A DNA stretch of 64,000 nucleotides from Alphaproteobacteria bacterium UBA828 (GTDB lineage Bacteria > Pseudomonadota > Alphaproteobacteria > UBA828), in assembly GCA_002296185.1 (NCBI GenBank), contig DBHM01000013.1:5273-69272 (forward strand). Reading direction: 5' to 3'. The stretch's first letter is position 1; every line of letters starts with the position of its first letter. This document shows positions 37,884-46,293 of the stretch, piece after piece. The notes under the pieces are model-generated. The model made no database searches, was not told the DNA's origin, and worked only from the letters and a program-made list of their open reading frames with translations. The position numbers and the translations under genes were made by a program.

Positions 37884-38156
37884 TCATTTTATAATTTTAT
37901 CATATAAAAATGGATCATCATGAATGGCTGTTTCGGTATCAAGTAATGCATAACAACCTGGACAAAAAAATCGGCGTAATAGTAGCCCCTGGGAAACAGT
38001 ATAATTATCTCCACATAGATCTTGCATAGATTCTTCAGAGATAATAACTGACTTCTTCCAATGAAGATCTTGATCACATATTTTATATTCACAGCAACTA
38101 CATACTATAGAGCCCCTGCCATTAAAGCTGAGAGTTTCTGAAAGCCTTGACTTCAT
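37884..38156 (-). CDS. Small Cys-rich protein resembling the C-terminal part of acetone carboxylase gamma subunit
   Basis: 90 aa. IVCSCCEYKICDQDLHWKK and LLRRFFCPGCYALLDTE recall, from memory, the CxC...C...NWK and REYFCPxCGT...VE blocks of AcxC-type subunits. The start overlaps the hyuB stop (TAATG). Confidence 0.55.
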   Translation of the reverse strand: MKSRLSETLSFNGRGSIVCSCCEYKICDQDLHWKKSVIISEESMQDLCGDNYTVSQGLLLRRFFCPGCYALLDTETAIHDDPFLYDKIIK

Positions 38157-39979
38157 TATGAGCCGCCCCCTCTAACTCTATTATTTAATATATTTTTTCT
38201 TAATATTACACTTTGTTCTAAGTCGACCTGACCATTTATAATTATTGCACCATAAATTTCTTTAGCCGCATTTTCACTGACAAGTCCTTCATTAACATCT
38301 TTTTCTAAAGACTTAAGGTCTCTTTTTAATGGGTCACCGTAACCGCCACCCCCGTTCCAACGAACATGCAAGTAGTCATTGCCAAATAATGGGAAGACTC
38401 CCCAAGATATATTTTCTTTATCTCCCTCATAAGAATTAGATCCAACTAATAAATCATCTGACAAACACCTATCACTATTCTTTTTTTGATTTTTTATCCA
38501 GGTATACCTTGATGGAGCGCCAGGGTAACCTCCAGCTAAACCCTCACTCATTGGATAACTAGTCCCTTTCCCGGAAACTACGTAATTTATACCACCATCT
38601 GGTGCATCATGAGGTGTAATGGCAAATTCTGCACCAGCACCACCTCTATAAGTTCCTGGACCACCAGAATCCTTGAGACGCCTTCGAAATAAATATCTAA
38701 CCGGAAAAGTCCACTCCATTGTTTCCACATTAGCCATTCTAGAAATAGGATTAGGAATTTCTCCCCCCACATCTACACCATCTCCAATAGAGCGAGCCCC
38801 GGCTGCACCTCCAAATGTTTCTGTTAATATACCTATGGAATCAGAACTTCTTTGGTTTTTACCGAACATAAAAATTGCAAAATGACTTCCATGCCAAACG
38901 GCTGTTGCTTCATTTTTATATTTGTCGCTTGCTGAAAGCATTTTTGAAATACATGTACAAGCAGCATTGTTAACCGCCTGAATTGCACCAACAGTAGCAA
39001 TAGAAACTGGAGCCGGGCGAGTAGCATTAACAACTGTACCCTCTGGTGCTTTCATCTCTATAGGTTTAATTACACCTTCATTCCAAGTAATATCGTAGCA
39101 GAGTAAAGGAAATAATGGCGCAAAGAGTCCACCCCAAGAAGCCCATTTTGAACAATTAATTCCATACTTTGATTGTGGGCTAGAGCCACTAAAATCAAAA
39201 GACAGTGTATCTTTTGATTTAGTCATTTTTAAAATGACCTTATACGTTTCATCTTTAACATTAAAATATTGACGAGATTCCCAACTACCATCAGGTAGTT
39301 CTAGTAAACGTTCACGTAGAAGATCTTCAGACTGATCAATTAAATTACTACATGCCTCATCAACTATGGATATACCATATTTTTTTACAAGACCTTGCAT
39401 CCTGTCACGTGCAACATTATTACAGGCGATCATCGATGATATATCTAGAGCAACCATTTCAGGAGAACGAACCATATTTAAGAGTGTATCCATAACATCT
39501 TTTCGTATCTCTCCTCTATCAACAATTTTAAGTCCAGGTGAGGAAAAACCTTCAGTAAAGATGTCTAGCGATTCTGGACTAAAACCCCCTGGGTTCATGG
39601 CTCCAATATCATAAACGTGTACAAAACATGCACTCCATGCGACCAACTTACCTTCGGAATGAATAGGAGCTACTAAATAGACGTCGGAAGTATGCAAAGC
39701 AGCAGTGTAAGGACAGTTTAATAAAAAAACATCATTCTCATTAATATCTGAATTAAATTTATTGATTATAGACTTACATGCCTCAGCTGCACTAGTTAGG
39801 TGATGAAGAAACCCCACACCTCCCATTAATAAAGAACCATCTGCTCTATACAATGAAACCATAAGATCATGGCCTTCATTTGTTATTGCGCTTCCAGATA
39901 CATGTTTGAGTGTTATTACTGCTTCATCAACTATCCGAAACAACCTATGGCGTATGATTGAGAAAGTAATAGGGTCCAT
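38156..39979 (-). CDS. Hydantoinase B/oxoprolinase family protein (HyuB-like, set 3)
   Basis: 607 aa. MDPITFSIIRHRL N-terminus and NGGGGYGDPLKRDL near the C-terminus. Confidence 0.9.
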   Translation of the reverse strand: MDPITFSIIRHRLFRIVDEAVITLKHVSGSAITNEGHDLMVSLYRADGSLLMGGVGFLHHLTSAAEACKSIINKFNSDINENDVFLLNCPYTAALHTSDVYLVAPIHSEGKLVAWSACFVHVYDIGAMNPGGFSPESLDIFTEGFSSPGLKIVDRGEIRKDVMDTLLNMVRSPEMVALDISSMIACNNVARDRMQGLVKKYGISIVDEACSNLIDQSEDLLRERLLELPDGSWESRQYFNVKDETYKVILKMTKSKDTLSFDFSGSSPQSKYGINCSKWASWGGLFAPLFPLLCYDITWNEGVIKPIEMKAPEGTVVNATRPAPVSIATVGAIQAVNNAACTCISKMLSASDKYKNEATAVWHGSHFAIFMFGKNQRSSDSIGILTETFGGAAGARSIGDGVDVGGEIPNPISRMANVETMEWTFPVRYLFRRRLKDSGGPGTYRGGAGAEFAITPHDAPDGGINYVVSGKGTSYPMSEGLAGGYPGAPSRYTWIKNQKKNSDRCLSDDLLVGSNSYEGDKENISWGVFPLFGNDYLHVRWNGGGGYGDPLKRDLKSLEKDVNEGLVSENAAKEIYGAIIINGQVDLEQSVILRKNILNNRVRGGGS

Positions 39980-39986
39980 TGTTACC

Positions 39987-42107
39987 TCAAATTGATTTAA
40001 TTAAAATATTTCGCAAATCGTCCATTTTACCAACCTGATCTAGTTGGATAACAATCGTTGTTATTGGAGTATGTATAACAGCAGGACCCGTTATCTCATT
40101 CCCTGAACTTAATTTATCAAAATCATAAATGGGCGCTTCTACCATACCATCTTTTGCATCAACAAATATATTTCTTGTACCTATTTGAGCGCCCTTACTA
40201 TCAATTCCACTATATTGAGATTTTTCAACGTTAGGCCTCTCAACCAAACCTCTAGCTGTAAGACGAAACATAGTCATTTCTATACCCGCTTCCTTATAAG
40301 CAGACCCCTTTCCATATCTACGCTCATACAAGGTCTCGAAATCTGATATTAATTGACTCATATTTTCATCATCTAGAGGGACGCTCACCTTTATAGGAGT
40401 TGTTACTTCATGGACTTGTCTTCCGTACCTAAAATCTATTGCCCATTCGAGGGATATTTTTTTATCAGTGAAACCCTCAGATAATAACTGAGAATGACCC
40501 TTGAGAACCATCGGTTTGAAAATATTATTAATATGTTCTGCAGAGCACGGGAGTGAACATGTTTCTGTATGTGTATATTCATGCACTATATCTGCTGAAG
40601 CTAATCCAAAAGCACAATTTACGGATGCAGCATAAGGTACAACTATGTTTTTAACATTTAATTCAGCGCCAAACATAGAACATAACAATGGACAGCTGCC
40701 TCCAAATGCGTGCAAAACAAAGTCCCTCGGGTCCAAGCCCTGCTCAACAGTAATTTCATGTATTAAATCAGTGACCTGTGCTGCAGCTATTCTATATATT
40801 CCAAAAGCTGCAGTTTCAATATCCAAGCCGAGAGGTTGTGCAATTTTCTTATTAAAGACTCTCCGAGTATTTTCTACATCAAGTTTAATGGAGCCACCTA
40901 AAAATCTATCTGGATCTATATAACCAATCAATAGCATTACATCCGTGAGTGTTGGTTCATCACCTCCCTGTCCGTAGCATACCGGGCCAGGGACAGCTCC
41001 TGCACTAATAGGACCAATACGAGGGATATTTGTTCGAGGGTCAAGCGAAATTATACTTCCTCCACCTGATCCAATTGATACAACCTCTATCTTTGGCGCA
41101 ACATAGTGAAAACGGTCAACCATAGGCTCTCTAGAGTGACTAAGCTCTCCATCCTGAATAACCCCGACTTTAAAAGTAGTGCCACCCATATCTGCTGCAA
41201 TAATATTTTCTTCACCCATCAAACTTCCAAGATAACGGCTACCTATAACTCCTGCCGCTGGACCGCATTCAAGCATACCTACAGCACGATCTGCTGCTTC
41301 ACGAGCAGATAATAATCCACCGTAACCTTGCATAACTAAAATTTCACCATTATAGCCTTCTGCCTCTAATTGAGACTCAAGACTTGTAAGATAGTTTTTT
41401 GTTATACTACCAGCATAAGCATTGATAACTGTTGTTGAAGTTCGTTCATATTCTCCTGGAACGGGGGCAATTTCGTTTGACAATGAGACATAAACTCCAG
41501 GAGATACTTTGTTTATTATCTCTTTTATTTTTTTTTCGTGTTGTGGATTAAAAAATGACCAAAGGAGACTGACAGCAATAGCATCAACTTTTCCCACTTC
41601 TATTAGACTTCGTATAGAAATCTCAGCGGCAGCTTCATCAAGTTGAAGGAGAATCTCTCCTTTATAATCAACCCTTTCACTTACACCCTCTATTCTATCA
41701 GTCGGGACTAAAGGTTCTGGCCTATCAGTTGCTACAGGATGTTTTATTTTATCTTCAGTCAAACCACCCCAACGGCCATATGCACCTCTTGTCATTAGAA
41801 GTGTATCCTCAAAACCTTTAGTAGTAATTAGACCCGTACGATCACCTGTGCGTGTAAGAAGGGCGTTATCAACAACTGTTGAACCATGAACAAAGAGACG
41901 ACATGATGAAAATAGTTCGGCTAAACTAAGACCTATTTCCTCAGCTGCAGAATATACAGAATTAATTATACCATCTGCAAAATTTGGAGGAGTGGATAGT
42001 GCCTTCCCGAGTTTCAACCCTTCCCCAGCAGCAAAAATAACTGTATCAGTACACGTGCCCCCAACATCTGTAGCAATGATGTACTTTCCGCCCTTAAGCC
42101 TTTCCAA
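39987..42107 (-). CDS. Hydantoinase A/oxoprolinase family protein (HyuA-like, set 3)
   Basis: 706 aa. TTG start 8 nt behind a GGGAG RBS. IIATDVGGTCTDTVIF, ADMGGTTFKVG and GSGGGSII. Confidence 0.9.
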   Translation of the reverse strand: MERLKGGKYIIATDVGGTCTDTVIFAAGEGLKLGKALSTPPNFADGIINSVYSAAEEIGLSLAELFSSCRLFVHGSTVVDNALLTRTGDRTGLITTKGFEDTLLMTRGAYGRWGGLTEDKIKHPVATDRPEPLVPTDRIEGVSERVDYKGEILLQLDEAAAEISIRSLIEVGKVDAIAVSLLWSFFNPQHEKKIKEIINKVSPGVYVSLSNEIAPVPGEYERTSTTVINAYAGSITKNYLTSLESQLEAEGYNGEILVMQGYGGLLSAREAADRAVGMLECGPAAGVIGSRYLGSLMGEENIIAADMGGTTFKVGVIQDGELSHSREPMVDRFHYVAPKIEVVSIGSGGGSIISLDPRTNIPRIGPISAGAVPGPVCYGQGGDEPTLTDVMLLIGYIDPDRFLGGSIKLDVENTRRVFNKKIAQPLGLDIETAAFGIYRIAAAQVTDLIHEITVEQGLDPRDFVLHAFGGSCPLLCSMFGAELNVKNIVVPYAASVNCAFGLASADIVHEYTHTETCSLPCSAEHINNIFKPMVLKGHSQLLSEGFTDKKISLEWAIDFRYGRQVHEVTTPIKVSVPLDDENMSQLISDFETLYERRYGKGSAYKEAGIEMTMFRLTARGLVERPNVEKSQYSGIDSKGAQIGTRNIFVDAKDGMVEAPIYDFDKLSSGNEITGPAVIHTPITTIVIQLDQVGKMDDLRNILIKSI

Positions 42108-42139
42108 ACCAATACTCCCTATTGATCTTTATAGATAAA

Positions 42140-43306
42140 TTAGATCAATACGCTTCTAAGAAGTAAAATCAAGTCCTTCTTACCTTCAAATCCAATACCT
42201 GGGTTATCGTGTAGATAAATACCCTCTGGACTTAATGAATATCCATCAAAAAAACCACCAAAAGGTTCAAAAACCCCTGGATATGCTTCATTACCTCCCA
42301 ATCCAAGACCTGCAGCAATATTTAAAGCCATCAAATGACCACCATGTGGAATACACGATCTTCGAGACCAGGCATGTTTTTCAAGCATTTTAATAGTTCG
42401 CATAAATTCAACAAGCCCATAACTGAGTGCTGGATCAAACTGAAGAATATCTGTTTCGCTTCTTAATCCACCATAAAGTATCAAATTTTTTGAATCTTGA
42501 GATGAAAACAAATTTTCACCAGTGGCGATTGGTCCTTTATAATTATCAGCAATAATATGACTCAACTCATAATCTAATGGATCTCCAGGTTCTTCATACC
42601 AACGTAATTTATACGGCGAGATCATGTTACCAAAGTCTAGAGCCTGCTGAGTATTAAACCTTCCATTTGCATCTACAGCAAGATTACTAGGATCAGCAAC
42701 AATTTTTAACACAGCCTCTATTCTTTTTTTATCATGATTAATATCTGCTCCACCTACTTTAATTTTAACTACTTCAAAACCTTGATCTAAATAACTACGA
42801 ACTTCATCCCGCAAAAGATCCAAATCCTTTTCAGGCTGATAATAACCACCTGCAGCGTATACGAAAACTTTTTCATCATATTTACCTGAGTTAAAATTAT
42901 CGGATAGATATTTCCATAATGGTATATTAGCTATTTTAGCAACAGCATCCCAGATCGCCATATCGAGAGTTCCAACGCCAACTGCTCGCTCACCATGACC
43001 ACCTGGCTTTTCATTTACCATCATAGCATTCCAGAGTTTAAAGGGGTCTAAATTATCACCCATTACATTAGATTGCTCTTTTTCTGATAAGTTCATTATA
43101 CGGGGTATCAAACGCTCACGCATCAAAGCCCCCTGACCATATCGTCCATTAGAATTAAAGCCGAATCCTACAACCTGCTCTCCATCGATAAATTGGTCAG
43201 TAATAATAGCAACCACACTTGCTGTCATTTGTGAAAAATCTATATATGCATTCCTTATAGAACTCTGTAATGACACTGTTTTTTCTTTTATATCAAGGAT
43301 CTTCAT
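42140..43306 (-). CDS. Enolase-superfamily enzyme (mandelate racemase/muconate-lactonizing enzyme family, MR-type KxK)
   Basis: 388 aa. FEVVKIKVGG (KxK), AVDANGRF, WYEEP and ATGENLF metal/acid-base blocks. Substrate cannot be read from the sequence. Confidence 0.8.
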   Translation of the reverse strand: MKILDIKEKTVSLQSSIRNAYIDFSQMTASVVAIITDQFIDGEQVVGFGFNSNGRYGQGALMRERLIPRIMNLSEKEQSNVMGDNLDPFKLWNAMMVNEKPGGHGERAVGVGTLDMAIWDAVAKIANIPLWKYLSDNFNSGKYDEKVFVYAAGGYYQPEKDLDLLRDEVRSYLDQGFEVVKIKVGGADINHDKKRIEAVLKIVADPSNLAVDANGRFNTQQALDFGNMISPYKLRWYEEPGDPLDYELSHIIADNYKGPIATGENLFSSQDSKNLILYGGLRSETDILQFDPALSYGLVEFMRTIKMLEKHAWSRRSCIPHGGHLMALNIAAGLGLGGNEAYPGVFEPFGGFFDGYSLSPEGIYLHDNPGIGFEGKKDLILLLRSVLI

Positions 43307-43475
43307 TCTATAAATTCCAATTGTTTTATTAAATTATAAACTATGGCTTGTTTGTTAAAAGTTTTTCCTGTGTAGTTATGCTAACATCACTAAGTAAATT
43401 ATAAATAAATTAAAGTTATAGATTTTAATTTATTATACTTTATCAGATGTATGATCTGTTTAAATAATAGTATGA

Positions 43476-45680
43476 ATGGCAAAAAAACTAAGGATTATTA
43501 AATTGGTAAAATTAACCGCTATAAACACCGACACCCCTTGGCATAGAGTAGAATCTGAAGAGAGTGATTGGAAAGAAGTTGACCATAAGCTTTTAACACA
43601 AATGTTGGAGCAACTTTTTATTATTAGATCCTTTGAAGAAAAATCCCTAGATCTATTTAAGGCTGGATGCATTCATGGGCCCGCTCACGCTAGCATAGGC
43701 CAGGAAGGTGGTGCCATAGCAGCTATGTCAGTCTTAAATTCAAAAGATAAAATTAATGCAACACATAGGGCTCACCATCAATTTTTATCTAAATTCTTGT
43801 TTCACAAATCACCAGTAAATTATGACCCAAGAGAGAGTAATCTTCCAGAAGAACTAGATGATGTTATATATCGTTCTCTCTCTGAAATTATGGGACTAAA
43901 GGATGGATACTGTGGCGGGCGCGGAGGATCCATGCATATGAGGTGGGATGAAGCTGGTGTACTTGGTACAAATGCTATTGTTGGAGGAAATCCCCCACAA
44001 GCCGTGGGCTATGCATTAGCAGAAAAATTGCGAAATAGTAACCAATTAACAGTTACCTTTTTTGGTGATGGGTCAATGCAAAATGGTGCGGCATACGAAG
44101 CACTTAACCTTGGTGCCCTTTATGATCTACCAATAATCTTTTTCAATGAAAACAATCTATATGGTGTCTCTACTCATGTCTCTGAAACTACAAGAGAAAC
44201 AAGGCTAACCGCAAGAGGGCTAGGTCTTGGTATACCATCACTTGAAGTTGATGGTATGGACATTATAGCTGTAAGGAAAGCTATGTTATGGGCTAAAGAC
44301 TATATTGCTAAAAATAAGGGGCCAGTCCTTATTGAATCTCAAACTTACAGATATTTTCATCAACATGGTCCAATGCGTGGTAGCGCATTTGGCTATAGAA
44401 ATAAATCTGAAGAAGAAAAATGGGTTAAAAAAGACCCTTTCGTTACTTTTCCAAAAAAGTTAATAGATCTTAAAATAATTACTTCAGATTCAGTAGAAGA
44501 AATTAAATCTAGATCATTCAATACTGTAAAAAATGCTGCTTCTCGTCTCACTGAAACATCTCCAGACGGAAGTAACCAACTGCAAGTTAGGTCAGAAATG
44601 TGGCCACAAGTAGATACAGTCGAACATGGTATTAAGGGTGACCTCTCCGAACTTGGGAATCAGAGGTTTATAGAAATTGAAGATATAGATCCAAAAAATA
44701 CAAAGGAAATGAAGTTCATTGAAGCTATAGCTGCTGTACAGCTTCGAGCAATGGAACGAGATGAGCGTGTTTTTATAATGGGAGAAGATGTGCAACATTT
44801 AAAAGGGGGAACTGTTGGTGCTACAAAAGGTATTCTAGAACGCTTTCCTGAACGTCTCATAGGAACACCAATTGCAGAAAATGGATTCTGCGGAATGGGC
44901 CTTGGAGCTGCTGTCAACGGAATGAAGCCAATTGTTGAAATAATGTATTCAGATTTTATTTTAGTTGCCGCTGATCAACTGTTCAACCAAATAGGTAAAG
45001 TGAGGCATATGTTTGGTGGCAACCATTCAACCCCACTTATTTTACGAACAAGGGCAGCTGGTGGAGGTGGTTATGGATCCCAACATTCTATGGATCCAAG
45101 TGGAATATTTGCCGCATACCCTGGCTGGAGAGTTATCGCACCCTCGAATGCGTTTGACTATATTGGCCTGTTTAACTCAGCAATATTATGTGACGATCCA
45201 GTTGCAATAATAGAATGCCAATCATTATATCAAGATATATCAAATGTTCCCGAAGGTGACCTTGATTATTGCATACCTTTTGGTAAAGCTAAAATAGTAA
45301 GCTCAGGTCGTGAATGCACGATAATATCATGTGCAAATATGGTTGCTAGTTCTATTAAAGCTGCAGCTGAACTAGATATTGATGCGGATATAATTGACCT
45401 CAGAACCGTTGATACATTAAGTCTAGACTGGGAAACCATTGGAACTAGTATAAAGAAAACAAACAAAGTTATGGTTGTTGAACAAACTGCTCGTGGACAT
45501 GGACTAGGGGCTCGTATAGTTCAAGAAATTCAAGAAAGATTCTTTGATTGGCTTGATCATGAAGTTATTAGAATAAGTGGCACACATAGCGCTCCAGTAG
45601 TATCAAAACCACTAGAGGCGGCAGCACTAGCTGGTATGGATGATATAAAACAAGGAATATTATCGCTTTGTAAAAATTAA
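43476..45680 (+). CDS. Fused E1 alpha-beta thiamine-diphosphate-dependent 2-oxoacid dehydrogenase/acetoin-cleaving-type component
   Basis: 734 aa. The N-half carries IIRSFEEKSLDLFKAGCIHGPAHASIGQEG and FFGDGSMQNGAAYEALN (TPP motif GDG...N). The C-half carries the transketolase-like pyrimidine-binding and C-terminal domains (MGEDV..., TPIAENGF...). Confidence 0.8.
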   Translation: MAKKLRIIKLVKLTAINTDTPWHRVESEESDWKEVDHKLLTQMLEQLFIIRSFEEKSLDLFKAGCIHGPAHASIGQEGGAIAAMSVLNSKDKINATHRAHHQFLSKFLFHKSPVNYDPRESNLPEELDDVIYRSLSEIMGLKDGYCGGRGGSMHMRWDEAGVLGTNAIVGGNPPQAVGYALAEKLRNSNQLTVTFFGDGSMQNGAAYEALNLGALYDLPIIFFNENNLYGVSTHVSETTRETRLTARGLGLGIPSLEVDGMDIIAVRKAMLWAKDYIAKNKGPVLIESQTYRYFHQHGPMRGSAFGYRNKSEEEKWVKKDPFVTFPKKLIDLKIITSDSVEEIKSRSFNTVKNAASRLTETSPDGSNQLQVRSEMWPQVDTVEHGIKGDLSELGNQRFIEIEDIDPKNTKEMKFIEAIAAVQLRAMERDERVFIMGEDVQHLKGGTVGATKGILERFPERLIGTPIAENGFCGMGLGAAVNGMKPIVEIMYSDFILVAADQLFNQIGKVRHMFGGNHSTPLILRTRAAGGGGYGSQHSMDPSGIFAAYPGWRVIAPSNAFDYIGLFNSAILCDDPVAIIECQSLYQDISNVPEGDLDYCIPFGKAKIVSSGRECTIISCANMVASSIKAAAELDIDADIIDLRTVDTLSLDWETIGTSIKKTNKVMVVEQTARGHGLGARIVQEIQERFFDWLDHEVIRISGTHSAPVVSKPLEAAALAGMDDIKQGILSLCKN

Positions 45681-45715
45681 TTTATAATTAGGTTAATCAT
45701 TTAAAGGAGTAAATC

Positions 45716-46177
45716 ATGTCAAAAAATAAAGGTATTCTAGATGATCTAATTATAAAATCTCATCATACCGCCGTAAGTGTTAAGGATTTTGATTCTGCCC
45801 TTAAGTTCTATATAGAAATGCTTGGATTCGAGAGTATAGGCGAAATAAGAGATCGCTGTGAACCAGGTTTTGCAGAAGCAACTGGCGTACCAAATGGAAA
45901 AGCTCACTGGGCGATGCTAAAAAATGATAACTATCACATAGAACTATTCCAGTGGGTTAATCCTATAGGTGAACTAGCTGCAAATCGACAATGCGACCTT
46001 GGATATACGCATATAGCCCTACAAGTAAAGAATATTGATGCTGCTTATGAAAAGGTTATTGCTTCAGGATTTAAAACACTAAGTCCACCATTAACTCTTA
46101 GGGGCGGAGCTGCTAAAGCAATTTATATTCAAGCGCCAGAAGACAACATAACAGAGTTAGTTGAATATCGGGATTAA
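45716..46177 (+). CDS. VOC (glyoxalase/bleomycin-resistance/dioxygenase) family protein, methylmalonyl-CoA epimerase-like size
   Basis: 153 aa. HHTAVSVKDFDSALKFYIEMLGF...HIALQVKNID. AAGGAG RBS. Confidence 0.75.
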   Translation: MSKNKGILDDLIIKSHHTAVSVKDFDSALKFYIEMLGFESIGEIRDRCEPGFAEATGVPNGKAHWAMLKNDNYHIELFQWVNPIGELAANRQCDLGYTHIALQVKNIDAAYEKVIASGFKTLSPPLTLRGGAAKAIYIQAPEDNITELVEYRD

Positions 46178-46293
46178 TAATAAAAAATTCTGGCACTATT
46201 TTGTAAAAGTTCAAACCTTATTAATTAAATATATAAAAATGTTTGGTTATAAGCAGCTGAATAACTTTGATAAAAATAAGATGTGAACATTAA

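Noticed and set aside
37196-42107. Calling set 3 a bona fide acetone carboxylase (acxABC)
   Set aside because: The B-type subunit and the gamma-like protein are much shorter than I recall for AcxA/AcxC. The operon context (enolase-superfamily enzyme, cysteine hydrolase) also does not match known acx loci. It is kept at family level.
43460-43672. 70-aa minus-strand ORF over the start of the fused E1 gene
   Set aside because: It is antisense to the conserved E1 alpha N-terminus and would leave the divergent promoter region without space. No motif was found.
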